Of a DNA stretch of 64,000 bases, positions 10,290-21,375 are shown piece by piece. How positions within the stretch are numbered: the first letter of the stretch is position 1; each line of letters opens with the position of its first letter. The notes below the pieces were generated by a model. The model ran no database searches and was not told the origin of the DNA. It worked only from the letters and a program-made list of their open reading frames with translations. The DNA is taken from assembly GCA_965116875.1 (NCBI GenBank), contig OZ220733.1, forward strand, positions 4,352,001 to 4,416,000. Reading direction: 5' to 3'. Both the position numbers and the translations under genes were made by a program. The stretch is from Candidatus Latescibacterota bacterium. GTDB lineage: Bacteria; Latescibacterota; UBA2968; GCA-2709665.

Positions 10290-12833
10290 ATGGCCATGAA
10301 GAGAAGGGATGTTCATCGATGGGTCAGACGGTCGGGGGTGGTGTCGTATTTCGTGGCAGTGCTGATTCAGCCTGTGATGACGCATGCTTCATCTGCTCAA
10401 TCGGACAGCGTGCTTCACTGCGTGCTGCTGAATGAGGAGGACTGGCCGCGTGGGGACGTGGAGGCTGCCGGCAAGCGCGCGTCGGAGCTGAACGTGGGCG
10501 AGCCGCGCACCGTGCGCATGATCTACTTTCTGCCGAACGACCGCCCGTACCGTCAGTCGGTGGCGGACACGATGAAAGCGTGGATGGTGCGTATGCAGCG
10601 GCTCTTCGGAGAGCAGATGGAGGCCCACGGGTACGGGTATATGACGTTCCGTTATGAAGCGGACGCGGAAGGCGCCCCGGTGGTGCACCGCATGGACGGC
10701 GAACACACCCGTGGCTACTACTATGCCTCCACGTTTAACCGCATGCGGCCGGAGGTTAACGAGGCGTTTGATCGGAATCATGTGGTGCGCTTCTTCGTGA
10801 TCGACCACGGATACAGGCCGGCGATAGGTACCAGTGCCGGCGGCAAAGCGGCAGGCACGGCTGCCGGGCATAAGGATCGAGGTAGCGCGTACCTTCCGGC
10901 GGGATTCCGGTTTGGCACGGGCGTGCACGAGCTTGCGCACGCATTCGGATTGATGTGGCACGACAACCGCGACGACGACTACTTCCTTTCGCCTGTAGGT
11001 GGTGGGCAACTGTCGGCCTGCAGCGCGGCCCACCTATCTGTCAGTCCGTTTTTCAACCCGGAGGTCCCCCTCGAGAGGGAGTGGCGGTCCTTGCCATCCA
11101 TCGACCTGCTGTCGCCACGCTCCTATTATGTAGTGGGTACGAAGGCCCTCGTCGTCCATGTCAGGATCGCGGCGCCGCACGGCCTGAATCATGTGACCGC
11201 GCTGGTGCCGGAACTCGGTGCGTTTTCGGTGGAAGTGTTGGGGTGCCGTATGCTTTCCGGCGAGGAGGAAGCGGAGATCGAGTACGAGTATGACGGGGTG
11301 ATCCCTTCCACCCGCACCAGCCGCGGCCACTCCACGCTGTCGGAGCCGCCTGTCCATAGTGTCTGGTTCTCGGCGATGGACAGGCGGGGTAATCAACATG
11401 CAGAGAGATTTCGCTTCGCGCAACGGTCACCGTATCACCTGGCCACGCTGGAAGGGCATTCACAACTCGCCCGGAGTGTGGCGGTCTCTCCCGACGGGTC
11501 ACTGCTGGCGTCAGGATCGTTCGACAAGACCGTCAGGTTGTGGGATACGACAACGCTGGAAGCCATCGCCACCCTGGACATGAGCGGGCCAGATCGACAG
11601 GTCTCGTCACTGGCGTTCTCTCTGGACGGGTCGCTGCTGGCCGTCGGGGAGACCGGAGGCGGAATCACGCTGTGGGACGTGGCGTCGCGGCAGATGACCG
11701 GCACGCTGGAAGGGCATACGGGTAGGGTGCAAACGCTGGCGTTCTCCGCCAGTGGTGACACGCTGGTGTCGGGGGCGTCCTATGACGAGGACAGGATCAA
11801 GGTCTGGGACGTGGCCTCGCGGCAGCTTATCGGCGTGCTGAAAGGGCATACGTCCCACGTGAGACAGGTGGCGTTTTCTCCCGACGGTCGCGTTCTGGCG
11901 TCGTGTTCGCAGGACCGTACCATCCGGGTCTGGGACCTGTCCGCGATGAAGGAACGGTACCGGCTTGTACGCATCGGCGGGGGCCGGATCGGAACGATGG
12001 CGTTCTCGCCGGACGGGCGCATCCTGGCTGCTGACTCGACGGAGGAGGGGGTGATCGCACTGTGGGACTGGGCCGCGCGCCGCAACATCGCGGACGTGCC
12101 GATTGCGCACGAAAGGGGGATTACCTATCTGACGTTTTCGCCGGACGGGGAGAGTCTGGCCACGGCGGGAGGCGGTTGGGTGATCGTGCGTGACGCCGCG
12201 ACGGGGAAGCGGGGCGAGCGGTTCAAGGTGCGGGCAAGGTTTCCGCATATCGCGACGCCGTGGACGATGGCCTTCTGGCGGGGCGGGTCGGTGCTGGCTG
12301 TGGGAACGACGAATGGCAAAGTGGAGCTGTGGGACATGTCCGAGTGGGTGCGGCGGCGTCCCGAGCGGGTGGAGGTCGTCTCGGGTCTGGGGCAGCGCGG
12401 CGTGGCGGGCGCGTCGCTGCCGGCGCCGTTCGAGGTGAGTGTGCGCGATGAGAACGGAGACCCGTTCCCGGGCATTCCCGTAATCTTCGACGTCACCGGC
12501 GGCGGAGGCGCACTTTCCCGTACGGCCGCCAGGGCCGATACGGCCGGGAACGCGGCCACGACGCTGACGCTGGGACCGGAGTCGGGGGTTCAGACCGTGG
12601 TGGCGCGGGCAGCGGGCCTGGCGCCGGCGGTGTTTACGGCCACCGCATACGGCAGCCCCGACCTGAACGCCGACGGGCAGGTGGATTTCAGTGATTTTGT
12701 GTTGCTTGCCGGAAAGTTCGGGCTGAGCGAGGACGACGAGGCGTACGACCCGCGCATTGACCTGGACGGCGACGGCGCCATCGGCTTTTCCGACTTCCTC
12801 ATCTTGGCCGGGGCGTTCGGGCAGTCCGCGTAA
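10290..12833 (+). CDS. Paralogue of 5648-10021: metallopeptidase motif + one WD40 region + Ig-like + dockerin-like
   Basis: Start at ATG 10290 or 10296 (MAMKRR, after AGAGG); HELAHAFGLMWH; near-identical EPRTVRMIYFLPNDRPYRQSV block; PDLNADGQVDFSDF tail. Confidence 0.9.
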   Translation: MAMKRRDVHRWVRRSGVVSYFVAVLIQPVMTHASSAQSDSVLHCVLLNEEDWPRGDVEAAGKRASELNVGEPRTVRMIYFLPNDRPYRQSVADTMKAWMVRMQRLFGEQMEAHGYGYMTFRYEADAEGAPVVHRMDGEHTRGYYYASTFNRMRPEVNEAFDRNHVVRFFVIDHGYRPAIGTSAGGKAAGTAAGHKDRGSAYLPAGFRFGTGVHELAHAFGLMWHDNRDDDYFLSPVGGGQLSACSAAHLSVSPFFNPEVPLEREWRSLPSIDLLSPRSYYVVGTKALVVHVRIAAPHGLNHVTALVPELGAFSVEVLGCRMLSGEEEAEIEYEYDGVIPSTRTSRGHSTLSEPPVHSVWFSAMDRRGNQHAERFRFAQRSPYHLATLEGHSQLARSVAVSPDGSLLASGSFDKTVRLWDTTTLEAIATLDMSGPDRQVSSLAFSLDGSLLAVGETGGGITLWDVASRQMTGTLEGHTGRVQTLAFSASGDTLVSGASYDEDRIKVWDVASRQLIGVLKGHTSHVRQVAFSPDGRVLASCSQDRTIRVWDLSAMKERYRLVRIGGGRIGTMAFSPDGRILAADSTEEGVIALWDWAARRNIADVPIAHERGITYLTFSPDGESLATAGGGWVIVRDAATGKRGERFKVRARFPHIATPWTMAFWRGGSVLAVGTTNGKVELWDMSEWVRRRPERVEVVSGLGQRGVAGASLPAPFEVSVRDENGDPFPGIPVIFDVTGGGGALSRTAARADTAGNAATTLTLGPESGVQTVVARAAGLAPAVFTATAYGSPDLNADGQVDFSDFVLLAGKFGLSEDDEAYDPRIDLDGDGAIGFSDFLILAGAFGQSA

Positions 12834-12890
12834 TACGGCCCTCCCACCGTCGCAAAACGCGACAGCAGCGACGTATTTCTCAAAACCGGA

Positions 12891-15332
12891 TTACTGCTCC
12901 CCCTCCGGTTGCGTTGGGCGGACGCTTTCTGACGTTTCAGTTGAATCTCCTTCCGGCACTCCGATACGGTATCCCACCCCGTGCTCAGTGAAAATGTAGC
13001 ACGGTTCGTCGGCGTCGTCACCCAACTTCCGCCGAAGCCTCTTGACCAGCGTACGGACGCGGCGCATGTCGCCGCCGCGCTGCCTGCCCCAGATTCGACG
13101 CAGAAGCACGTTGTGCGTCACCACCCGACCGGGGCTGACACAGAGCTCATACAGCAACTCATACTCGTGTGCGGTCAATTCCACGAGGCGTCCGCCCACG
13201 GTCACGCTCCGTTCCTCGAAGTTGACGGTCAGGTCCTGTAACACACATGGTTCTTCGGGGTCTTTCCGTGCCTCGCCCTCCTCCTTGCGCAGCGCCGCCT
13301 TGATTCGTACGACGAGCTCCGTTGGAGAAAAGGGCTTTACGATATAATCGGACGCGCCCATTGCGAACGCCCGTTCGACGTTTTCCTGCTGGCCGTATCC
13401 GGAAAGAAAGATTACCGGGATCCTGTCGATCTCGAGGATATCTTTCATCAGTTCAAACCCGTCCGTTCCGGGCAGTACGAGGTCGAGGAGAACAAGGCAG
13501 GGCTCGCGCGCCTCGATCAGTCCCGCAACTTCGCCGGGATCCCCCGTAACGATTGCCGTGTATCCCGCTCGTGTAAGGATTTCGCGCACGGACCTCAATG
13601 TCTGGGGGTCGTCATCCACCGCGAGGATCGCGCCGTTGTGTTTATCGGTGCCGCGCGCGTGCTGACCCGAACGTGCCGGGGTGCGGTCCACGGATGACGG
13701 GATCTCCTCCGCAACGGGCACGGTAAACGTGACCTTCGTGCCCTGGCCGGGTCCGTCGCTTTCGGCCCACACTCTTCCGCCATGGGCCTCAACGATTCCC
13801 TTGCAGATGGCAAGACCCAGCCCCGTGCCCTGGGTTACCCTCTCATCGTTGCTACTCTCGATTCGCGAAAACTTCCTGAAGAGTTGCGGCAGGAGATCCT
13901 CGGTCAGGCCCTTGCCCTCGTCGGCAACCGAAATGTGAACGTGGAAGTCTTCACGCAACGCGGCCAGCCGGATGGGGGACGACGCGTCGGAGTACCTGGC
14001 GGCATTGAATAGGAGATTGTCCAGCACCTGGACGATGCGACGCCTGTCTACCATGACCCAGGGCAGGTCCGGCGACAGGTTGATTTCTATGGCGCGCGCG
14101 TCGCCGCCGCGCAGGAAGGTATTCCGTGCCTCATCGACGATTTCTCCCACGTCGGCCGGCTCCGGGGTGATCGCAAGCGAGCCCGTCTCGATTCTGGCCA
14201 CGTCGAGAAGGTCGCTGATGAGGTCCCGCATGCGATCCGCCTGCTGGTCGATGATCCTGTAGAACTGCCGCGCTTCGGCGGGATCGAGTATCGACGCATC
14301 GTCGAGCAGGGCGGCGGTCGAGCCCTTGATGGACGTCAACGGGACCCGGAGTTCGTGGCTGACCATCCCCAGAAATTCGGCGCGCAGGCGCTCCAGGTCT
14401 TCCAGGGGCGTCATGTCCTGAATGGTCACGATCACGGACTCGATGTCGCCATTCCCGGAACGGATGGGCGTGGCATTGACCAGCGTCGTCACGGACCGGC
14501 CGTCGGGTACAACGAGGACGATCTCCTCCGCGCGCAACGTTTCCCCTGAGCGTAGCAACTGGGCCAGTTGGGACTCCTCCAGGGAGACCTCCCGACCGTC
14601 GGCGCGCCGGAACTTCATCACCTCGAGAAGCTGCTCCTCCGGATGGCCCGGCGTGCGCAGGTCCCCCACGATTCTCTTTGCCTCCCGGTTGAACGTCAGC
14701 GGCGCACCGGACCTGGCGTCGAAGACCACGACCCCGACGGGTGAGGTGTCGATCAGGGTCTCCAGGTCGAGCCTTGCCTTCTGCTCGTCCCGGTGCCGGC
14801 GTGCATTGGCGATGACCAGCGCCGCCTGCGAGGCAAACATCACCAGGGTCTCTTCGTCTGCCGCCGTGAACGCGTCTTCGCCTCCCTTCTCGCAAAGACT
14901 GAATGTCCCCACGCTCTGGCCACGGTAGCGGATCGGCGTTGCCAGCGCCGCGGGAGAGGGACTCAGAGTTACTTGAGGGCGAAACTCAGGCAGGCCTTGG
15001 GACCGGATGTAACTGTGGAGGTTCCGAAGCCGCAGCGGCTCCTTTATATGGGTGAAGTGTTCGAAGAGCCCGTGCCTCTCCGGCCGCAACCACAGCCGCT
15101 TGGACTGAATGGACGTTAAACCGGACGTAATGCAGTCCTGCACCCGCCCGTCATCGTCAAGCAATGTCATCAGGCCGTACCTCGCGCCAGTCAGCGATCG
15201 GGCGCTGTCCAGGACCTCCTGCAATACAGCGTCGAACTCCAGACTCTCATTGATACGAAGGCTGGCCTCTCCAAGCCTGGACAGCCGGTTGCGGAGGGCC
15301 TCGATCTGTTGATCCCGTTCGTCGATTTGCAT
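12891..15332 (-). CDS. Cytoplasmic hybrid sensor kinase/response regulator GAF-PAS-HisKA-HATPase-REC-wHTH
   Basis: H-box VSHELRVPLTSI, N-box NLLFNAARYS, GTGLGLAICKGIVEAHGG, REC AVDDD/LLDL/KPF, OmpR-type C-terminus TEHGVGYRI; start chosen at MQIDERD. Confidence 0.92.
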   Translation of the reverse strand: MQIDERDQQIEALRNRLSRLGEASLRINESLEFDAVLQEVLDSARSLTGARYGLMTLLDDDGRVQDCITSGLTSIQSKRLWLRPERHGLFEHFTHIKEPLRLRNLHSYIRSQGLPEFRPQVTLSPSPAALATPIRYRGQSVGTFSLCEKGGEDAFTAADEETLVMFASQAALVIANARRHRDEQKARLDLETLIDTSPVGVVVFDARSGAPLTFNREAKRIVGDLRTPGHPEEQLLEVMKFRRADGREVSLEESQLAQLLRSGETLRAEEIVLVVPDGRSVTTLVNATPIRSGNGDIESVIVTIQDMTPLEDLERLRAEFLGMVSHELRVPLTSIKGSTAALLDDASILDPAEARQFYRIIDQQADRMRDLISDLLDVARIETGSLAITPEPADVGEIVDEARNTFLRGGDARAIEINLSPDLPWVMVDRRRIVQVLDNLLFNAARYSDASSPIRLAALREDFHVHISVADEGKGLTEDLLPQLFRKFSRIESSNDERVTQGTGLGLAICKGIVEAHGGRVWAESDGPGQGTKVTFTVPVAEEIPSSVDRTPARSGQHARGTDKHNGAILAVDDDPQTLRSVREILTRAGYTAIVTGDPGEVAGLIEAREPCLVLLDLVLPGTDGFELMKDILEIDRIPVIFLSGYGQQENVERAFAMGASDYIVKPFSPTELVVRIKAALRKEEGEARKDPEEPCVLQDLTVNFEERSVTVGGRLVELTAHEYELLYELCVSPGRVVTHNVLLRRIWGRQRGGDMRRVRTLVKRLRRKLGDDADEPCYIFTEHGVGYRIGVPEGDSTETSESVRPTQPEGEQ

Positions 15333-15496
15333 CACCTTCTGATCGATGATTTCATGTTGCGCTGTGGAATGTTTCGTTGGCGACAGTCGATATATCTGAT
15401 TGTTCACAATATAGGTAAGGACGTCTCGTGAATCCAGCGCATTTTCCCGGCGGCGCGTCGGTTCACCGGAAGTCACGATTGGAAGGCCCGGTCCGG

Positions 15497-16708
15497 TCAG
15501 TCACCCAATCGATACCCTTCCCCCGGCTGATTGAAGACGTAAGTGGGATTGTCTACGTCGTCTCCCAGCTTGCGGCGGATTTTCTTTACCGTTGTTCGCA
15601 AACGTCGCGTATCACCGGCGTCCAGCGTGTCCCAGACCCGCCTCAGCAGGTCTTCATTGGTCACCAACCGCCCCGCGTTCGCAGACAACTCCCGCATCAG
15701 ACGGTACTCGAGCCTGGTCAGATGTACCGGCCTGCCTGCGAGTGTCACTTCTCGCCTGTCGTAGTCAATCCTCAAGTCTCCCAGCACGAACGGCTCTTCC
15801 GAATGGGCTTGTACCCGCGCCTCACGGCGGCGCAGCGCTGCCCTGATCCTGGCCGACAGTTCGACGGGCGCAAAGGGTTTGACCACGTAGTCGGCTGCCC
15901 CGGCATCGAGTGCGCGGGCAATGGCTTCCTCGTGCGCGTACGCTGAGAGAAAGATGACCGGAAGGTCCGGATCTGCGATGACGTCGGTCATCACCTCAAC
16001 CCCGTCTGTTCCCGGCAGGACCAGGTCCAGCAGTACGAGCGCCGGACGGTGTTTCACCAGCAGTTCGGGTATGTCGTGCGGATTGGCGGTCCCGCAGGGT
16101 CGATATCCTTCGTCGGCCAGGACGTCCAGAACGTTTCGCAGCGTTTGAAGATCGTCGTCAACCGCCAGGATGCATGTCGACTCCCGTCCCGTCGCCCGCT
16201 TGTCCGCGTCGTCCGCCCGTCCGCCGCGCATCCGCATCCGTTCTTCTACGGGCGTCAGATCCTGCAGTGTCACCACAAGCGACTCGACCGCGCCGTCGTC
16301 CGAAAGAACCGGTCTGGCGTTCATCAGTGCGCTTACCCGTCGGTCGTCGGGGGCCGGGAACTCGACTTCCACTGCCCGAATCGTCTCGCCCGCGCTCACC
16401 GCCCGGGCAACGGGATGCTCCTCGAGCGAGAGCGTTCGCCCGTCTTCTCGTCGAACCGAGATCGCCTTCAGGAAATGATTCATCGACTGCCCTGCCGTCA
16501 ACAGGTCGCCGGCGAGCCTGCTTGCCTCGCGGTTGATGGATGCCAGTGTTCCCGCGATGGCATCGATGACGACGATGCCGATGGGCATCGTGTCCGTCAA
16601 CGTATGCATGTCGAGGCGCCCACTGATCCGTACGCTCGCTTCACCCGTGATGGAAGGCCTCGCCGCCACCGTTTTGTCTTCGCCTCCGGCCCGTTGCCCG
16701 GACTCCAT
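15497..16708 (-). CDS. PAS-REC-wHTH regulator (kinase-less paralogue of the hybrid regulators)
   Basis: PAS segment homologous to 12891-15332 up to LQDLTP, then directly AVDDD REC and Trans_reg_C; no H-box or HATPase. Confidence 0.85.
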   Translation of the reverse strand: MESGQRAGGEDKTVAARPSITGEASVRISGRLDMHTLTDTMPIGIVVIDAIAGTLASINREASRLAGDLLTAGQSMNHFLKAISVRREDGRTLSLEEHPVARAVSAGETIRAVEVEFPAPDDRRVSALMNARPVLSDDGAVESLVVTLQDLTPVEERMRMRGGRADDADKRATGRESTCILAVDDDLQTLRNVLDVLADEGYRPCGTANPHDIPELLVKHRPALVLLDLVLPGTDGVEVMTDVIADPDLPVIFLSAYAHEEAIARALDAGAADYVVKPFAPVELSARIRAALRRREARVQAHSEEPFVLGDLRIDYDRREVTLAGRPVHLTRLEYRLMRELSANAGRLVTNEDLLRRVWDTLDAGDTRRLRTTVKKIRRKLGDDVDNPTYVFNQPGEGYRLGD

Positions 16709-16818
16709 GACCTCTCCCTGATTGGCTGATTGAACTCCCTGGCATCGATCGACGGAAACCTCCCGCCCCAACGTTACGGAATGGTGGTGCGGTAGTTTTT
16801 TATTGGACGCTCAAAAAA

Positions 16819-16882
16819 TCACTAAAAAATCACGTAAAATAAACCCAATAGACACAAATAAGTCACGATTATTTGGTATATT
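16819..16882 (+). promoter_or_regulatory. 11-bp-periodic TCACGAT-like box plus extended -10
   Basis: TCACTAA 16819, TCACGTA 16830, AAACCCA 16841, ACACAAA 16852, TCACGAT 16863, TGGTATATT 16874. Confidence 0.65.
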
Positions 16883-17176
16883 TACATCAAAGTACGCCTC
16901 TGTACGGGGTCCGTCAAGGCAAATTGTGGCCAAAATCCGCTGAAATGTCATATTGGCGACCGCCCCCGGCTGGGGAGGGCTGCACGTCTGGAGGCACAGG
17001 GCACACGACAGACCCGGGGAGGGGACGCCGCGATCTACAGCATCAGGATTTCTGGTCGCATCAACCGGTAGCGACTTTTAAGTCGATGGAAGCGTGATCG
17101 AGTTGCAGAACAACCGGTATTCCGATCAGAACGTCCCCCGGAGTGGATACAGCCGTTATCAGGAAGGGAGAGACAT

Positions 17177-19984
17177 ATGCACAAAAGATGCCTCCGACTC
17201 GCCGTACGAATCGCATCGATCTCCATCATTGTCGGACTGAACGTCCTTCAGGGTCCGTCCGAGGTTTTCGCCGACCACGAGATTGCCACCTTGCGAGAGA
17301 TGAACGTGATCTCCGTACCTCCGGATTCCGCGTTCTACAGCGTCTTTTCTTCATATGGCCCCAATGGAAACACCTACGGGCTGGGAGAGATCATCGAAAT
17401 CGAGGCCACCTTCAACAGGGGCATGCTGGTCACAGGGAGCGGCGAGGTCTTGATGGACCTCACCGTCGGCGACTCGACGCGGACCGCCAGGTACCATCGC
17501 GGATCCGGCACGAGAAAGCTGGTCTTCCGTTACAAAGTGATCGCCACGGACACGGATACCGACGGGATCAGCGCACCCGCGACCGCCTGGAGCGGCAGCG
17601 GCACGGTGAAGACTTCCGTCTCCAACTTTGCGGCGGTCTTCACGCCCATAGGGCTCGACACCCAGTCGGGTCACAGGGTGAACGGCAGCCTGGGCCCCTG
17701 GGTCACCCAGGTGGAAATCGCCTCCACGCCTGCCTCCGGCACCACCTACCGGCATGGAGAAGAGGTCGAGATCGACGTGACGTACACCGCTCCCGTGCGG
17801 GTCGACAGCGTCGACCGACCCTGGCTGGCCTATTTCTGGGACCGGGCGTCGGATGGCACGGAACAGCAGAATTTCGCCTCGTACCGGAGCGGGACCGGTA
17901 CCAACACGCTGCGTCTCTCCTTTACGGTGAGATCCGAATTCAAGGACACCGACGGGGTGCGGATCGGGAGTGCTTTCCCTGATCAGCCGGGCGAGAGAAG
18001 GGAAAGAATCGTCTGGGCGTTGAATCACGACGGCGTGAGGGCGCCCTGGAAGATGTCGGGGCTCGACGCGGATCCCGACCACCAGATGAACGGGGAGCCT
18101 TACGTCAAGGGGGTTGCCGTCACCTCGAGTCCGGCCTACGGCGCCACCTACCGGCGCACGGAGGCGATCCGGATCACGGTCACCTTCGACCAGAACGTCC
18201 AGGTAGAGGGTACCGTGACCAAGGGCTTGAAGTTCACCTATGGCGACGGCGAATTCACCAGCCCATTTGCCGGACACGCCGGCGGCAACCGCACCCGGGC
18301 CCTGGTCTTCAAACACACGGTCGTGGAAGGGGATGAAGACACGGACGGTCTCACCGTCCTGGCCGGCGATGACGGTGGGTGGGGGGGGAGCGGAAAGATC
18401 TGGTCGTCGCGCCCCGCGGGCTCCCTGGAGACTCTGGCGCAAGCCGATCTGAGCCACAGCGAAATCGCGAACGCCGACAGCCACAAGGTGAACGGAGCGC
18501 TGACCCTGCCCGTTCCCGGCATCTCGTCGGTCGAGTTGGTAACGGATCCGGGGGACGACTCCACATATGTCGCCGGCGACTGGATTGGCGCAAAGGTGAC
18601 CTTCGACGAAAGCGTGTCCGTCACGGGAACTCCGCAGCTCGGGATGGGAATCGGGACAACGGAGAAGATCGCCCGGTTCGGGCAGGGCTCGTTCGAGGGA
18701 AGTGTCAGCCCCGGCGACAGGACCGCCGGCCCCGAGGTGGTCTTCGGCTACCAGGTGCAGGAAGGCGACGTCGACAGCGACGGCATCGCCATCGGGGAGG
18801 ACAAGCTCACCCTCAACGGCGGCGCCATCAAGCAGGCCGTGACGGACGTGGCCGCGGACCTTAGCCACGATCCCGTGACCTCCGATGCCGGCCACAAGGT
18901 GGATGCCGTGGCTCCTGTCGTGTCATCCATCGCCATCAGCTCCCGTGCGGGCGGCGATTCCCTCTACGCCATCGGCGACAGCATCGAGGTGACGATGACC
19001 TTCAGCGAGGAGGTGACTGTCTCCGGCGCCCCGCAACTGGAGCTGGACCTCGGCGGAGAGGCGAAAACGGCCGCCTACGATTCCCCCGGTGATTCAACAG
19101 CGGTCTTTGCCTACGTCGTTCAGGAGGGGGACGCCGACACGGACGGCATCGCCATCGACGCCGACACCCTCGGTCTCGAGGACGACAGCGCCATCACGGA
19201 CCGCGTCGGCAATCCGGCGGAGCTGGCCTACGGGGCCGTCGCCGCCGACCGCGCCCACAGGGTCGACGGGGTGCCCCCGACTCGCAGCTCCGCGGAAGTC
19301 CTCCACACCGGCCGCCAGGTCAACCTGTTTTTCAGCGAGCAGGTCACCATTCCCCGGATTCTTCGCACGATCAGTGGCATCGTCAACGTAAATCTCGGTC
19401 AGTTCTACATAGCCGTCCTGACCCTTGAGGTGGACGGCGATCAGGTGAGGCCCAGTTCCGCCTCTCTTCACGGTCTCACGTTGCAGCTGGGCCTCAACGC
19501 CTCGAATCGGGTGACCGAGAACCAAAGGGTCAAAATATCCTACGACAACATCTTCGCCCGCGATGCAGTGGGGCTCTTCATCGACAGGGTCGGCAACCCG
19601 ATGGCCAACTTCGGCGCCGCCACTGCACAGAACCTTTCCAACCAGGCGGACGCGGAGGAACCGGACGTCGGGCAACTGGTATTGAGCCGGAACGAATTGA
19701 GGATCAACGAAGGGGAAACCAGAGGGTATACGGTGGCCCTGGAGTCCCAGCCTTCCGACAGCGTGACCGTCGCCGTCAGCAGCTCCTCGAGCAAGCTGTC
19801 CGCCAATCGTGACAGCCTCACCTTCACCACGGACAACTGGCATGTGGCGCAGCGGGTGAGGCTCACCGCCAGCCAGGACGACGACGACCTGAACTATTGG
19901 GTGGCTGTGACCAACAGGGGCAGCGGGGGAGGGTACGACGACACAAGGAAGTGGGTGCTTGTCGTCATCGACGACGACGACTGA
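17177..19984 (+). CDS. Secreted adhesin-like protein: five Ig-like repeats, SwmB-like domain, Calx-beta-like C-terminus
   Basis: Signal peptide; repeated TF...V.V.G...Y..G.GT..LVF.Y.V..GD.DTDG units; C-terminal INEGETRGYTVAL...LTFTTDNW. Confidence 0.75.
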   Translation: MHKRCLRLAVRIASISIIVGLNVLQGPSEVFADHEIATLREMNVISVPPDSAFYSVFSSYGPNGNTYGLGEIIEIEATFNRGMLVTGSGEVLMDLTVGDSTRTARYHRGSGTRKLVFRYKVIATDTDTDGISAPATAWSGSGTVKTSVSNFAAVFTPIGLDTQSGHRVNGSLGPWVTQVEIASTPASGTTYRHGEEVEIDVTYTAPVRVDSVDRPWLAYFWDRASDGTEQQNFASYRSGTGTNTLRLSFTVRSEFKDTDGVRIGSAFPDQPGERRERIVWALNHDGVRAPWKMSGLDADPDHQMNGEPYVKGVAVTSSPAYGATYRRTEAIRITVTFDQNVQVEGTVTKGLKFTYGDGEFTSPFAGHAGGNRTRALVFKHTVVEGDEDTDGLTVLAGDDGGWGGSGKIWSSRPAGSLETLAQADLSHSEIANADSHKVNGALTLPVPGISSVELVTDPGDDSTYVAGDWIGAKVTFDESVSVTGTPQLGMGIGTTEKIARFGQGSFEGSVSPGDRTAGPEVVFGYQVQEGDVDSDGIAIGEDKLTLNGGAIKQAVTDVAADLSHDPVTSDAGHKVDAVAPVVSSIAISSRAGGDSLYAIGDSIEVTMTFSEEVTVSGAPQLELDLGGEAKTAAYDSPGDSTAVFAYVVQEGDADTDGIAIDADTLGLEDDSAITDRVGNPAELAYGAVAADRAHRVDGVPPTRSSAEVLHTGRQVNLFFSEQVTIPRILRTISGIVNVNLGQFYIAVLTLEVDGDQVRPSSASLHGLTLQLGLNASNRVTENQRVKISYDNIFARDAVGLFIDRVGNPMANFGAATAQNLSNQADAEEPDVGQLVLSRNELRINEGETRGYTVALESQPSDSVTVAVSSSSSKLSANRDSLTFTTDNWHVAQRVRLTASQDDDDLNYWVAVTNRGSGGGYDDTRKWVLVVIDDDD

Positions 19985-20051
19985 AAGGTACTACCCGCCG
20001 ACGCGCCTGCCGGCGTCACACAGAGACTTCAAACCGGATCGAGGCAGCAAA

Positions 20052-21299
20052 ATGAAGGCATTGTTGTTGTTCGTTATCGTGATCTTTCCGGTCTCTTCAT
20101 GGGCAGACGCGCCTTCTCCGCCGGATACGTGGAACCTGGTTCCGAACAGTCTTGATTTCAATATTCGGACCATTGTCTATCCTCCGGACGAAGAGGTCGA
20201 TCCCATTCCCGTGACGCCCTATCTCACCCTTGAATTGTACCGGTGCAATTCCTACAGGCTGACCGTTGGGGTCCGGGCGGCAGCGGGGTACAGGTTTCCC
20301 CATTTCCTGCCAGGCCGGCAGGCTCACGAACCGGTTCCTGAATCGAGAGCCGTCGTCGCGTTCGGCTACTATACACTGCAATCCGATATCCTGCGTTTCA
20401 ACGCTCATTATTTGAGCCTGTTCGAAGACGGCGAAGATCTGGAAAACGTCGTAAAGCTGTCCGATAGCGAGATGGCACTGGAGGAATACAGGCTCGTTAT
20501 CACCTTCGTAAACACGATTTTCCTTGAGTTCTTTAACGACCTCTACGCGCACCTGACCCGCGACCGGCTGGTCTTCATGCTGCCCGGCGACAGCGATTTT
20601 GCCGACCCTTTCGCGGATTCTGGCGAGGAAATCGTCTGGGAACTGGCGCGGCCGGGAGGTCCCTCGTCGATTTCCCGGTCGGCGGTACAGGCCACCGTAA
20701 CGGGAAAGGCGACGGAGGCTCTGACGGTGGAATTCGCCCGTTCGGTATCGGGGCGGCCCCCGCAATTCGCCTGGTGTGCGGTCACCGACGGCGCAGGCCG
20801 CGTGGAGCTGGACGTCGTCACGCTGCACGGTTCGGGAGTCACCGGCTACTACAGCGCTCGCGCCCGCAATGAAGCCGGCGAGATCGTGGGCCGATGGCGC
20901 AGCATTCCTCTCAACGAGGACCACCGCCAGATCCTGGAATTGACACTGGGGGGCGGCGTGCGGGTGCTTGCCAGCCACGCGCTCTATTCAGGCAAAGTCG
21001 CGCCGCCCGGGAACGCACAACCTGAAGCCGGGTTGGCGCCCAATTTTCCCAATCCGTTCAACAGCAGCACGCTGATCGTGTACCGTCTGGCGGACGCGGG
21101 TCCCGTGCGTCTGGAGGTCTTCAATTCCCTGGGCCAGCATCTGAACACGCTGGTGGATGATCATCAGGCCGCGGGCAGGTACGTGGTCCGGTGGCACGCG
21201 CGCGACCGGCGCGGGAATGAAGTGGCCGCAGGTGTTTACGTCATGCGCCTGTTCCATCCGGGTGGCATGGACGCCCGGCGCATGTTGTACCTCAAGTAA
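20052..21299 (+). CDS. Secreted protein with C-terminal FlgD-Ig / T9SS type A sorting-like domain
   Basis: MKALLLFVIVIFPVSSWA signal; NFPNPFNSSTLIVY...VFNSLGQ...AAGVY...MLYLK. Confidence 0.8.
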   Translation: MKALLLFVIVIFPVSSWADAPSPPDTWNLVPNSLDFNIRTIVYPPDEEVDPIPVTPYLTLELYRCNSYRLTVGVRAAAGYRFPHFLPGRQAHEPVPESRAVVAFGYYTLQSDILRFNAHYLSLFEDGEDLENVVKLSDSEMALEEYRLVITFVNTIFLEFFNDLYAHLTRDRLVFMLPGDSDFADPFADSGEEIVWELARPGGPSSISRSAVQATVTGKATEALTVEFARSVSGRPPQFAWCAVTDGAGRVELDVVTLHGSGVTGYYSARARNEAGEIVGRWRSIPLNEDHRQILELTLGGGVRVLASHALYSGKVAPPGNAQPEAGLAPNFPNPFNSSTLIVYRLADAGPVRLEVFNSLGQHLNTLVDDHQAAGRYVVRWHARDRRGNEVAAGVYVMRLFHPGGMDARRMLYLK

Positions 21300-21375
21300 C
21301 GAGACTGAACAAGCTTTCAGGACAGGATTGAAACACGCCGCTGGATAAACAGAATCGGGGATAGGAGGAAATGCA

